NCBI RefSeq assembly: GCF_009914755.1
Contig: NC_060927.1
From: the human T2T-CHM13v2.0 reference genome, Homo sapiens
Length of the DNA: 64,000 nucleotides
Direction: 5' to 3' (one strand)
The translations under genes and the position numbers were made by a program. How positions within the stretch are numbered: position 1 is the first letter of the stretch; each line of letters opens with the position of its first letter. This document shows, in pieces, positions 41,646 through 61,822 of the stretch. The notes beneath the pieces are model-generated. The model had not been told where the DNA came from, searched no databases, and saw only the letters and a program-made list of their open reading frames with translations.

Positions 41646-42084
41646 TCCATAGAATTCTTTCAAAGGTCCTTTAAAAAGTGTCAGGCTCCCAAAACCACCT
41701 CTCAGCTGGCAGTGCCATGGGAGATGCCCTAAGATGTCAAGGCCTAGGACCAACAGTGATGTCTTAAGTCGACCTGGGTGAGTTAGTGCAATGCTACTGC
41801 CATAATGATCTAAAGGTCCCATCAAGAACAAGTGCCATGAAATGACCAGTGACTTGACAGGCCTGCTAACCAGTGGGAAGGAGCATGAGTACTGAACCCA
41901 CAGCACAAGAAGCAGTGGTGCCCTGAGCTGACATCAGTTGGATACCAGCTACAAAACTCTGCTCAGATCCAAGTGCCACTGCATTTGAACCAACCTCAAT
42001 ATATTCAGAGCCCCTAACCAGTTTGGTTGAAGGGTCTGAGATCACAACATCAAACCCAACAGAAATCACAGCTGCTGCTGAGTG

Positions 42085-42290
42085 GGAACCTACTCTACAG
42101 AGCACAATGTTGGGCACTTCAGGCACAGGATCTCATTACATGCAACAGTCCTGTAAAGTGCATACATCTCCATTTTACAGGTGAAGAGTTTGAGATTCAG
42201 AGAAATGATGTGTTCACGATCACAAGACCAGTGTGTGGAGATATAGTTGAATTTGAGCTAATGTCTGTGACTCCAAACCCCATGCTTCAG
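42085..42290 (-). mobile_element. MIR SINE
   Basis: 'ctccattttacaggtgaagagtttgagattcagagaaatga...tctgtgactccaaacc'. Confidence 0.75.
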
Positions 42291-44829
42291 GACCTTATTC
42301 CATAAAGGAATAAGGTCACAAGTGGGGAGCAGCTTAGAAAAGGGAACCCCTGGAAACATGACAACAGAGAATGAGATAAACTACTGCTACAAAGAGAAGA
42401 TCTGGGAATAAGACGGGAAGTTACTAGAAGTCAGATTTATGTTATATAGAAGCTCGTTTGGGTTTTTTTTACCTAGCAACATTAAACAGTAATTCAAAAT
42501 AACTGCCATACTCATAATCCCCTTCCAAGAAAAATTTCCCCACTGAAGCCCCTACTGAGAGAAGCCTTACACCATTTCCTGAGCAGAGATAACCATGGTT
42601 TTCTCTACAGGAGTCCTTTGCCACAACTGATTGGACCAAAAGTGAGTTCCTGATCCCAAGCAGATCCTGGTAGGAAAACCTCAGGGCTCACAGTGTGTTT
42701 GTTAAGGTACTGCTTGCTGCTATAGTAAACCCAAACATGTATGATGGCTTAGTTCCCACCTGACTCCAAACCCCAACCTTCAAAGCTGCCTGACCAACTC
42801 CAGAAGCCACTACCCACAATCTGTGTAAATGACACCCCTTAAGTCAGATACCAGGAGAGGTGTCACTGGCCCCACATGCCAGCATCTCCAAACCTTACCT
42901 CTTCCCATGTTAGGATCTCTGACACATGGAGTATTCTAATTGTTCTGGCTAAAGTTTAATATGGAGAAAAACTAAAGCACTGGGAGGTTAAAGGGCAACC
43001 TTAATCGCACAGAATGCAGTAAGTTCAATGGCATTTGGATTGACCTGCCTGTTTTCACCTAGCAAAGTAAAGCGCTGTCCATAGTTTCAAGGCCAATAGT
43101 GTTTCTATCTGTTTGTCTGTCTGCCTATTTGTCTTAACATCCTTTGACATAGTAATCAAAGTCCCTGATAAAAACAGAAAATTTACAACTGTTAAAATAG
43201 AGTCATTTGCTGAAAGCACTGGTCTTTTGCAAAAAAAAAAAAAATTCTTTATCTGTGATATATCTATTCTAACTTCCTGGCCCAAGACTATTTCCAAGAA
43301 GACTGTAACTCAGACCTTACCGTAAGGTCACTGACACATGACAGCCCTTAATGAATATTTGTTGAATGAATGAGTAAATGAATGAAGCCGAGCCTTTACA
43401 CAATGTGTTCAAAACTGCCCTTGATGGAAGGAGAGGAAGAATTATCCAACGGAGGAAAATAAAACAAGAAAGAATCATGTAACTCTTGAGACTGAGCTAG
43501 AATTATCAGGTGGTCCACACCGATGGCCCTCACCAAGCTACGGGCATGTGCAGGTCCCCCAGCTAACCAAAGTCTCCCTCAAGCTGTTCCAGTGGCCAAC
43601 CACCACCAGCACACTCTCACTCTGCCTAGACCCTGCCTTCCCTCCCTGCCCCAGGCAGCCAGAGCTATGTGGTCCTTCACTGCCAAAAGCATTTCTAGGA
43701 GCTGGCGTAGAGCCCTTACAAGCCTGTGGGTGGGGCAGTCTGTGAACAGGTATGGGCACAGCTTATCTTGGAGCCCCTCAGGTGAGCAAATACATCCTTG
43801 CTGACTGTAGCCACCAGGAGCCTGTCAGATTCTCATTTAGAAAATGTGTTCTGGGCCCAAAAATCAGCCCAAGGACCAGAAATGGCCAACAGGCACAAAG
43901 GTCTGCACTTCTGAGCTTCAGCTTCATCTATTTAAAATATCAACTCTGAGATGTCACCCCATTTCTTTCCAGACAGGATGCGTTATCCAGTCTACAAGAT
44001 GTAGCAGATTAGGAAAGCCAGAAAGGATCGACATGTCCATTCCAAGCGGACTCCCTGGGGTAGCCGATCTAGAGACTGAAAACATTTCTCTTTCATTTAT
44101 TGTTCAGCTTTTATTTAAAGGGAAAGGCCCCAAGTGAAATTGAGAGCATTTGGGTTGTTTTAAGGGCATCTTTCCTTTCTGTGACACCATGAGCCTGCTC
44201 TCCTGCTCTCCATTTTTCCAAGCTCCAGAGAGAAACTGCGCTTGCCAACACTTGAGTGATTTCACCTCCAGCGTTTCCATGGTGATGCACATTCCCGCAC
44301 AGCCTGGAGAAAAGGTGCAGCTCCAAGTGAGGATGAATATGAACAAAGCCCAGCAGCCTTGCTGGGCCTGGGGGCTCTCTTGGAGGAGCTGGGCTGCATA
44401 GAGCCCTAGACCCAGATAGCCTCTGCCCTCAGGTATCCTGAAATGGCCTTTCCTTACCTAAGAGAGGACAGGCCTATTCCTGGAAACCTCAGTCGGCAGG
44501 GGCTCCAGGGACCAGGGAAGAGAAGAACAAGTTGTCCAGGAAACGTGCACAGAAAATCTCCAACAGAGCAAACTCCAAACAGCATGCTGTCCTGCACTAT
44601 ACAGGGTCTCCATGGCCCCTGGAGTCTGTGGGGCCCTGGCCTTTCCCCTGCCTTAGCTCAGACCAGGTCACCTGCAGCCTGCCATTGAATTGTCCAGCCT
44701 TGGCTGTAAAACAAAAGCAAAACAAAATAATTCCTCAAGAGGCTAAGGCTGACTTCTGCTACCTGGGGAGCACTGCAGCCTAAGGTAGGGCTTTGGGGTA
44801 TTGACCTCCTCATTTGCCCTCCCTCAGAC

Positions 44830-45080
44830 AATAATAGTAATAAAGCTACCATTTATTGAGCACTTGCTATGTGCCAAACATTGCACTAAATGTGTTATAT
44901 ACATTCTCCCACTTGATCTTCACAATAAAGCAACTCTATGCAGTAGGTGGTATTATTATCTCCATTTCACAGATAAAGAAGTTGGAGCTCAGAGAGGTTA
45001 ATTAACTTCCTCCAAGGTCACCCAGCTACTTAGTGGTACAGCCAGGATTTGAATTTAAGCAGTTTCAACTTACAGCCTTA
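44830..45080 (-). mobile_element. MIR SINE (near full length)
   Basis: 'taataaagctaccatttattgagcacttgctatgtgcca...ccatttcacagataaagaagttggagctcagagaggtta...caaggtcacccagct'. Confidence 0.88.
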
Positions 45081-45239
45081 AATTGGGCATGTTCCCAGAC
45101 CTCTATGTCTAGGGCTAGGCTTAATCCTAACCCCAAAATGAACAATGACACCCTGAATGTGATTTTCAGAATTCACATTTGTTCAGCCTTCCACAGTTAA
45201 CAGTCATGGCTATAGCTTCCACTTCTTCAGCATCTTCCA

Positions 45240-45775
45240 TGTGTTAAATATTTTTTATAGTTAATCTGGTCTACACAAAAGTCTTACAAGATAGGTGTCA
45301 ATGTCCCATTTCATTTCATTTAAGGAAACTGAGGCCTCGAGAGATAAAGTTTGCCCAAAGTCAGAAGATAGTTATAAACCCATTTCCGGCTCCAAAGCCA
45401 GGGCTTCTACACCTGCTACACTTTTCCACTTAATCCACTTATCTCACTTAATCCATACCCATCAGGTCCTAGGCTGGGTGACCAGCTTTCCAGCTTTGGG
45501 GAAAATTCAGGCTCCTAAGCAGAATGGGGATGCTGAGGTCAAGACTACTCCCCTTTTACTGCTGCCTGCCTGGTCACATGGATGGCCCTAACATGCAAAG
45601 TCTCATTAAATTCTCACAATAATGCAGATCCTGTGATCATGCTCACTTAATCAGCAAGGAAACTGAGGCTCAGCATGGTTAATCTATCAGTCCACAAGGT
45701 CACACAGTGAATAAGTGGGAAAGCCAGGATAGGAACCCCAGGCAGCAACCCAGGCCAGCCTAATTCTGGAGACTG
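45240..45775 (-). mobile_element. Two further MIR fragments (~45240-45400 and ~45600-45775)
   Basis: MIR core 'aaggaaactgaggc' twice, each with downstream 'aaggtcacacag'-like sequence. Confidence 0.65.
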
Positions 45776-46691
45776 AGGCCATGTGACCTTTTATGCTTTG
45801 CTTTGCAGCAAGGGCCACATGCTGTGTAAGCTCTGAAACGGGAGTGATTCTGCCTGGGGCTTAAGGAGGAAGGCCAGTGGAGAAGGAGCCTATGGTGCAG
45901 AAAAGACTAGAGGCAACTACAGCAGGGATTCCTTATCAGAAGTCTATATGTTCCAATGGGTTAATGGATAAACCTCAGGATTCCACAGACCACCTGAAAG
46001 GATACCAAAAAATGTGTACCTCTGAGGAACTGTTCCTTTTTCCAGGGAGAATTACCATCATTTTCTCAGATTCTTAAAAGAGTTCCTGATCCTCCAAAAT
46101 AGATTAAGGACCACTCACTGCCTTAAAGTGGTGCACTTGGTCCGAGGGGTGACTTATGGGAGAAAGCCGTCCCTTTGACTAGTGCAGTGTAGGAACCTGG
46201 CCTCACAAGGGATTGAGGTGAGCACACCAGGAAAGCAAACCTGCTCCAGTGAGCTCAAACCTTTCCAGTCGCGTCAGCAAGCTCAAACTTTTCCAGTCTG
46301 TCATCTAGACCTCTTCTTGACGAGGCATGCTGGCCTACTGGAAGTGGCAGGAGCTGCCAAGACAGGAGATGGAAAAGGAGAAGCATCACTCTTCTCAGAC
46401 TAGGAAGTATCCTTTCTCCACTCCATTTTTTTTTCACCAGCACCTGCAACCTGAATAGCCCTTCCTTGGGCTCCCAGACTGCCTAAAAAGACCAGCGTTT
46501 CCTCTCAGCTTTCTCCATCTGGTTTTGCTGCATTTCAAGCGGCATACCTAATGCTCTGTGCTTTCAAGTCAGATTCATTCAGAAAGACTTATGCCTGGAG
46601 CACTTGGCATAGCACGTGACTAATCTGGATGATGCCCACTGTGAAGATGGACAAATTAAGGCCTTTCAGGGTGAAAGAGTCTGGGAAGATA

Positions 46692-46712
46692 CAGCAGCAG
46701 CAGCAGCAGCAG
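46692..46712. repeat. (CAG)7 microsatellite
   Basis: Seven perfect CAG units counted directly. Confidence 0.95.
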
Positions 46713-47119
46713 CCACTGCTGCCTCCCCAGCAGAACTGATATCCAAGGCAGGGTCTTACCAATAACAGCATGGCAGACTGATGCCAGGTTCCCAGGAGTG
46801 TAGGGTCATAATGCTTATCTGAGAGAATCAAAGCATTTCCAAGATGATTCTGTTTGAAATGTGTTCTGTTCACTGCCTATGCACACATTTACGAACCCAG
46901 TTGGACTCAATGCCGTCATCCAATTAGCACATGCCAGCATCTAGCTCCCCAGGGCTAAGATGAAACAGGCAGAATGAGATCAAACTCTAGCCCCGTTACT
47001 TTAGGGTAGCTGTCCAGAGGCATCTGGAAGCTGTGGGAGGAGGCTAAATACACCTGCTGCAGGCAGCTGATAGTGCCACTGTAGCCCAGCAACTCCAGCA
47101 AAGGTGGGTACTTAATATT

Positions 47120-47420
47120 ATTCCATCAGGACATCATTACTGTGCCCCTTCTCTGGGTCTGGCAGTGAGCCAGGCCCTGGAGAGTCAGAGATGAAAGACA
47201 ATCTCTCTTCTGAGCAAGCTTACAGTCCGGCAGGAGATGCAGCCTGGTAAAAAGGCAATTATAACACAGTGAGATAAGGGCTGTGATAGAGTGAAGCATA
47301 GGGAACTATGACAGGAGAAGTGCCTAGCTCAGCTAGGGAAGTGTCAGGGAAGGCTTCCTGGAGGAGATGACACATGCACTGATTTTTTAAGACAAATCAG
47401 GGGCCAGCAAAGGAAGCCCC
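47120..47420 (-). mobile_element. L2 fragment
   Basis: 'gcaagcttacagtccggcaggag...gtcagggaaggcttcctggaggagatgaca'. Confidence 0.65.
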
Positions 47421-47519
47421 TTAGTGAGTAGGCAAGTTACTCAGTGTGTTCCGAGCAGAAGGACAGGAGAGTGCTGGAGTATAAAAGATGGAATTTGAGA
47501 TGTGGATAACTTCTTAAGC

Positions 47520-47665
47520 TACTGATACACTTCAGCATGCATCATGGAGAGGTTGTTAAACAGATTGCTGGGCCCCAGAGCTCCTCATTCAGTAGGTCTA
47601 GGCTGGGGTCTAAGAATTTGCATTTCTAATGAGTTCACAGGTGATGCTGACACTGGTGGTCCAGG
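47520..47665. mobile_element. MER5A MITE (truncated by LTR insertion)
   Basis: 'ttgttaaacagattgctgggcccc...attcagtaggtct...aatttgcatttctaatgagttcacaggtgatgctga'. Confidence 0.8.
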
Positions 47666-47913
47666 TGAATGGGAGAGTTCCCTGATTCCCCTCACAGGAT
47701 GTGCAACAGGTGTGTGGCTCGCCTGTTCAGTCTCTCCGCTGCTCAAACCCCTGAGGGAAGGGGGAGCTCGCAGACAGACAGGTGCTGGAGCCCAAGTGGG
47801 CATGTGTTACAGTGTGCCCCTTTAGCCTTGCAGTCCAGGGACGACTGTTAACCCCACTCTCAGATTCTTGTCTGGCTTTCTGGACGAATCAGGTCACACG
47901 AACTGTTTGAAAG
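47666..47913 (-). mobile_element. MER52-family ERV1 LTR 3' fragment
   Basis: 'tgaatgggagagttccctgattcccctcacaggatgtgcaacagg...gaatcaggtcacacgaact'. Confidence 0.75.
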
Positions 47914-47914
47914 A

Positions 47915-49200
47915 TCAGGGAAAGGTTAGCAGATTTATATTTTAAAATCACTCTAACAATGGGTTCAAGAATGGACTGAGTGGGGTGGGATTAGAAGCAG
48001 AAAGACTAGTCAGAAGGCAGTTGCCATGATCCAGGTCAAAACAAAGGCAGCTCCAGCAAGGATGGAGACAGTAGTCACATGAAAGATCTGGAGGGATCTG
48101 GATCTGGGGGTCGACTGTGGGTGACAGGGCAACAGAGGAATCAAGAACAGGACCAAGGTTTCAGGCACAGAGATTTAATTCACAGTTAGGTGTCACTCCC
48201 TTAGCAGAAAATGTGGGAGGATCATTTTTTTAGTCAAGCAACAAAGGCTTGGGATGATTACTTCTGTTTTGCATATGTGAAGGTTGAGGTGCTTGCAAGA
48301 CATCCAAGTGGAGAGCTCAGCAAAGTAGAGACACACAGATCGAAGACTGGGGAGAGACACGATCTGAGAGAGAGATTTGGAAGTCACCATTGTGGCAAAG
48401 AGTGAATGACAGGTAGGAAAATAAGGTGATGACCCAAGAACAAAAGGTAAGGTGAAAAGAAAAGGGCACCTAGACCAAAGCCTTTGAAACACCATCATTT
48501 AAGACACTTGCAAAAAGTAACAGCAACAAAGGAGTACAAGGAATGTGTCATTTGGGTCCCCCAGGAAACAGACACTGAGACAGGAGAGCAAAAGGTTTAC
48601 TGGGAAGCAACACCTGTGAAAGGAAAAAGACAGGAGGATTGGGCAGGGGGAGTGGTCAGACCATGATGCAGGCATGACAACGTCTCCATCACCCAATGGG
48701 GAACTCCGGAGCAGACACTCCTGTTAGAGGAATCCACATTGGAGAGAAATGACTGCGCCCTTCTACCACTGCATTGTTTAGTCATTGGATGGGGCTGCTT
48801 GAGAAGAGCAAGACCTTGGCCCAAAGATTGAGGAAATCCTATAGAAGCCTCAACTAGATGGGAAGTCCTTTCTCAACGGGGAATATAAGCATTGCATCCT
48901 CCCAACTGTCCCTCAGGAGTAAGTGGAAAAACACCATCAAGAGTTGCCAGAAAAGCCAAAGGAGGAGATATCAAGAAGGGAGTTGTGGACAATTTCCAAA
49001 GCCTCCTCGCAGAAGATGAATCACATGAATGTCCATTAGATTTGCCCCCGAGAGGAGTGAGATGAGTTTTGTCACCAAGGGGCATCTACAAGGGAAGCAT
49101 GAAATCCCAGATTGGGAGGTGTCTGGGAGGTGGGCATGTAGAGATAGCGGGTGTAGACAATTCCTTCAAGAAGTTTTGCCGAAAAGAGAAAGAGGGTAGT
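47915..49200 (-). mobile_element. L2 LINE fragments interrupted by LTR16
   Basis: 'tttaaaatcactct...gttttgcatatgtgaaggttgaggtgcttgcaagacatccaagtggaga...gtagacaattccttcaagaagttt'. Confidence 0.72.
48544..48900 (-). mobile_element. LTR16-family ERVL solo LTR
   Basis: 'gggtcccccaggaaacagacactgagac...aggtttactggga...acacctgtgaa...ggattgggcaggggg...tagtcattggatggggctgc'. Confidence 0.7.
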
Positions 49201-49539
49201 GGCTAAAAGAATGCATAGAAGTGAAGAGAATTGGATGGAGCAGAACGAGAGGGGAAGAGGTTTGGGAACTGGGACAGCTGTTGGTCCCATCTCAATGGCT
49301 CTCCTTCCCACCTGGATCCACCTGGAGATCTGGGGGGAGGCAGACAGTTCGCTGGGTGGTGAGCAGGCATGGGAGTTGGGAGCAACATGGCACCCTGAGA
49401 GGGAAACAGCAAAATCCCATTCGGCAGAAAAGCTGAGACCACCTCCTCTGTCATTGATCCATGCTCAAGCCCTTCTGCTCACGCTCCCTCCTTCATTCCC
49501 TGGAGGTCTCACTGAGCCACACAATCATAAGTCATTGTT

Positions 49540-50040
49540 CTAATAGCTTTATTAGGGGAAAAAAGGCATTAAGATCCAGCTTAATGAAGCCAGGACTCAG
49601 AAGGCAGCAGGCAGCACACTCGTCATATCACTTCCCTCGGCCTCGTGGGAGTCCACCAGAAAATGCTGTCTTCAAGAGTGAGGCAATTAACCTCGGACAG
49701 AAGTAACGCAAGCCATAAATATATTGTGGGCTTATTTTCTTCCTTAAAGGCTTTATAATAAGAACAAGCGTCTCACAGTAACATGTCATCATGGGGCAAA
49801 TAGAGTCAGGTTAGAGCGAGCGCCTGAAGCCTTCCTCCTCTCAAATCTCTGCCTTGATCAATAAAAGATCACAACGAGGCAGCTTGGAGCTTAATTATTT
49901 ACTATTTCTGTGCTTTCGTATAAGAGAAATTTTCTAAAGAAATCAAACTGCCTGCTCAGTGCCATATGGAGTCAATATCCTGTGCTCTACGAGGTGTTAA
50001 TGAATTAATTAATCAACTAATGGCAGTGAAGGTTCTTCGG
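49540..50040. promoter_or_regulatory. Candidate conserved non-coding element / enhancer
   Basis: Repeat-free, several retained CpGs, many TAAT/ATTA motifs, CCATAAA, and 'aggtgttaatgaattaattaatcaactaatgg' at ~49992-50023; motif inference only. Confidence 0.35.
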
Positions 50041-51254
50041 AGACCATGGATGCTCAGCTCCCAAAGGGAACACTTTTCACTCATGTTGGTGATGATTTTA
50101 AATCATGCCTTCCTAAAAATCCTGGATAATGTCTTAGCCAAGCATTCATTAGATTGTACATATTTTCAGTGCCGAGTATGTTGAGAATGTTTTTCTATTT
50201 TGTTCTTCATGTCATTTCCACTTTATAAGGCCAATTCCCAATTATCTGTGAAAATGAGAGGAGAAAGTGACAAATGTCCGTGGAGAATGGAAACACCTCC
50301 CCTTAGCTAATCAGTTGCAACAACTTCCCTTGGTCAAGGCATTGTGTTTTGCCTTCCCCCTGACTTCTTTTTCCCCTTAGGTAGAAGCATCAGAGATGAG
50401 TAAATTTGGGAAAATCCAGAAAATTGAAGGAAAAGAAGCAGAAATCCAGGTCCAAAATATTTCATAAACTAAATTATGAATCCTTCATGTAATATTAATA
50501 ATAACCAAGGGCAAAATAATCCGATGGCAAAAGGGTGGCTAGTCTAGAAACAGGAGATGAGGGCTGAGTGAAGTAGGTGAGATGAGGCATAAAGAAGGTT
50601 ATGATGGCCCTTTCCTGGTGAGATGCCAACTGGGGAGAAATGGGGGGCAAAATCAGAAAGTTCATCATGTTTGTTTTAAAGTCACATTTTATTGAAAATT
50701 TACAAAGTTAAGTTCTGCTCCAAGTTGGAATTTGAACAATCACCAAGCCCTTTTATCAAGGCTGTGTCAGTGGCTGAACCATAAACAGGTGGTAAAAGCA
50801 GAAGAAATGTAATGAGTAGTATGTGCATTTCCAGCTCAGCTACCCAATGGGAGTTGGGGAGCCAATGAATTTGAAAGAGATGGACACAGGCTGTCTGGAA
50901 AACAACAGTATGGGGTTCATTCCAGGCCAACATATCACACTGATGCATTCTCTCTGTCGCACATGCACTCTCTCTCTTGCTCGCACACTTGCTCGCTGCT
51001 CTTACTCTCACTCTCTTACCCTCCCCCTTTTCTTAGGCTATTTAGGAGAAAACAAAAATTGGAAGGTCAAAGGGGGACTTTAGCTGCCAGGGCTGAGAGA
51101 TGTGCTTTTGGCATTGCAAATGGAATTTGGAATGTATTTTTTCATAAAAATGTGGACGCAGATCGTGATTGAAACCCATCAGGAGGACAGGGTGAATGCG
51201 AAAACAGCCAACTCTGGGGCAGGAGAGACCACAGGGTCTAATTTTGCCATATAT

Positions 51255-51410
51255 ATGCTGTGTGTCCTTAGGCAAGTTACATAACCTGTCTGAGCTTTGG
51301 TTGCCTTTGACATAGAGATGTTGTGAAAATTAAATCACTGAGACAACACATATAAAGACTAGATTAATGAGTCTCAAACATAGTATATGCTCAGCAAGCA
51401 TCTATTAGTG
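51255..51410 (+). mobile_element. MIR SINE
   Basis: 'gctgtgtgtccttaggcaagttacataacctgtctgagc...gttgtgaaaattaaat'. Confidence 0.65.
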
Positions 51411-52190
51411 TGATTAGCTAATGACAAGGCTACAGAACATTATGGATTATGTGGGCAGTTGTGGTCCACACTTGGAACTCAACCATCATTGTTTCTATGA
51501 GAAAAAGCATTCTGAGTTCAAGAAACCCACTTTTTAAAAAAAGTTATACTTCCAAATTAATTTACAAATTGGGCACTGTCTGTTCTTGTTTTATAGCATC
51601 CTTTGCAGATCTAAAATCACTTGATACATTTAAGAACATAAAATGTATTATGTATAACTTGGTTGCTCATAAAATTATCATGTTTGATATATTTAGAGAT
51701 GTGAGGACTAGGGAAGAAAAGAAATTCAGGAATATGTGGGGGATTTATTTTCCTGTTTTTCTAGTTTGAGGAAGAAAAAGTAAAAGGTTCTAGGAAATAA
51801 CATTTCTTGAGGTCTGCCCATATGTTCAGTGACCTAACACCCCTCTCCCAGGCAAGCAGTATTAGCCCAGAGAAGAATCCTGCAGTGTGAGACACTATGC
51901 CCTTATCAGAGGGCCAGTCAGGTAGGCAAGTCAAAATGGACCATCATAAAGCACTCTGCCAAAGAGCCTGGGTCCTTGGCATTCCTCTGAAATGTCATGA
52001 ATGCCTCTCTGCACTCTAAAGGAAGAGTGTGGAAGTGGCATTTATCAGTTCGCCACTTGAAAGGTGTTCCTTTGCAAGCCATCTAGGAGGATTCAAAGAA
52101 GGTTTGAAGAATTCCTGTCCTATACATATCCTCAGAGGGAAACACCATTGTGGGATCCAGATGGATGCTTGAGCTTGCAAGTGCCAACTA

Positions 52191-53225
<1,035 letters not shown>

Positions 53226-53275
53226 ACAACACCATACCCAAGTGATCCAAGCACATCAAGAATGCCAGGAAAAAT

Positions 53276-60099
<6,824 letters not shown>

Positions 60100-60232
60100 G
60101 GCCAGGTGCAGTGGTTCACGCCTGTAATCCCAGCACTTTGGGAGGCCAAGGCGGGTGGATCACGAGGTCAGGAGTTCGAGACCAGCCTGATCAACATGGT
60201 GAAACCCTGTCTCTACTAGAAATACAAAAATT
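60100..60232 (+). mobile_element. Alu left monomer (AluSg-like), interrupted at its linker by L1PA
   Basis: ggccaggtgcagtgg...ggatcacgaggtcaggagttcgag...tactagaaatacaaaaatt, followed immediately by an L1 5' end. Confidence 0.9.
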
Positions 60233-60243
60233 GAGAAGACAGC

Positions 60244-60253
60244 CAAGATGGCC
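60244..60253 (+). promoter_or_regulatory. L1 5'UTR YY1 site
   Basis: CAAGATGGCC at about +12 to +21 of the element, the known position of the L1 YY1 motif. Confidence 0.8.
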
Positions 60254-60742
60254 AAATAGGAACAGCTCTGGTCTACAGCTCCCAGCGTGAGCGACGCAGA
60301 AGATGGGTGATTTCTGCATTTCCATCTGAGCTTTGAAGAGAGCAGTGATCCTCCCAGCACGCAGCTGGAGATCTAAGAATGGGCAGACTGCCTCCTCAAG
60401 TGGGTCCCTGACCCCTGACCCCCGAGCAGCCTAACTGGGAGGCACCCCTCAGTAGGGGCAGACTGACACCTCACACGGCCAGGTACTCCTCTGAGACAAA
60501 ACTTCCAGAGGAACAATCAGACAGCAGCATTCACGGTTCACGAAAATCTGCTGTTCTGCAGCCACCGCTGCTAATACCCAGGCAAACAGGGTCTGGAGTG
60601 GACCTCTAGCAAACTCCAACAGACCTGCAGCTGAGGGTCCTGTCTGTTAGAAGGAAAACTAACAAACAGAAAGGACATCCACACCAAAAACCCATCTGTA
60701 CATCACCATCATCAAAGACCAAAAGTAGATAAAACCACAAAG

Positions 60743-61759
60743 ATGGGGGAAAAACAGAGCAGAAAAACTGGAAACTCTAAAAAGCAGAGCGCCTCTCCTC
60801 CTCCAAAGGAACGCAGTTCCCCACCAGCAACGGAACAAAGCTGGACGGAGAATGACTTTGACGACTTGAGAGAAGAAGGCTTCAGACGATCAAACTACTC
60901 CGAGCCACAGGAGGAAATTCAAACCAAAGGCAAACAAGTTGAAAACTTTGAAAAAAATTTAGACGAATGTATAACTAGAATAACCAATACAGAGAAGTGC
61001 TTAAAGGAGCTGATGGAGCTGAAAGCCAAGGCTCCAGAACTACGTGAAGAATGCAGAAGCCTCAGGAGCCGATGCAATCAACTGGAAGAAAGGGTATCAG
61101 TGAAGGAAGATGATATGAATGAAATGAAGTGAGAAGGGAAGTTTAGAGAAAAAAGAATAAAAAGAAATGAACAAAGCCTCCAAGAAGTATGGGACTATGT
61201 GAAAAGACCAAATCTACGTCTGATTGGTGTACCTGAAAGTGATGGGGAGAATGGAACCAAGTTGGAAAACACTCTGCAGGATATTATCCAGGAGAACTTC
61301 CCCAATCTAGCAAGGCAGGCCAACATTCAGATTCAGGAAATACAGAGAACGCCACAAAGATACTCCTCGAGAAGAGCAACTCCAAGACACATAATTGTCA
61401 GATTCAACAAAGTTGAAATGAAGGAAAAAATGTTAAGGGCAGCCAGAGAGAAAGGTCGGGTTACCCACAAAGGGAAGCCCATCAGACTAACAGCGGATCT
61501 CTTGGCAGAAACTCTACAAGCTAGAAGAGAGTGGGGACCAGTATTCAACATTCTTAAAGAAAAGAATTTTCAACCCAGAATTTCATATCCAGCCAAACTA
61601 AGCTTCATAAGTGAAGGAGAAATAAAATCCTTTACAGACAAGCAAATGCTGAGAGATTTTGTCACCACCAGGCCTGCCCTAAAAGAGCTCCTGAAGGAAG
61701 CACTAAACATGGAAAGGAACAACTGGTACCAGCCGCTGCAAAATCATGCGAAAATGTAA
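60743..61759 (+). pseudogene. L1 ORF1p (RNA-binding protein) with premature stop at codon 130
   Basis: MGEKQSRKTGNSK...EMK*, continuing in frame to ...YQPLQNHAKM*; TGA at 61130-61132 replaces consensus CGA (CpG decay). Confidence 0.95.
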
Positions 61760-61822
61760 AGACCATCGAGACTAGGAAGAAACTGCATCAACTAACGAGC
61801 AAAATAACCAGCTAACATCATA

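Noticed and set aside
46692-46712. (CAG)7 as a polyglutamine exon
   Set aside because: Short, the + strand frame stops soon after, and there is no credible exon context.
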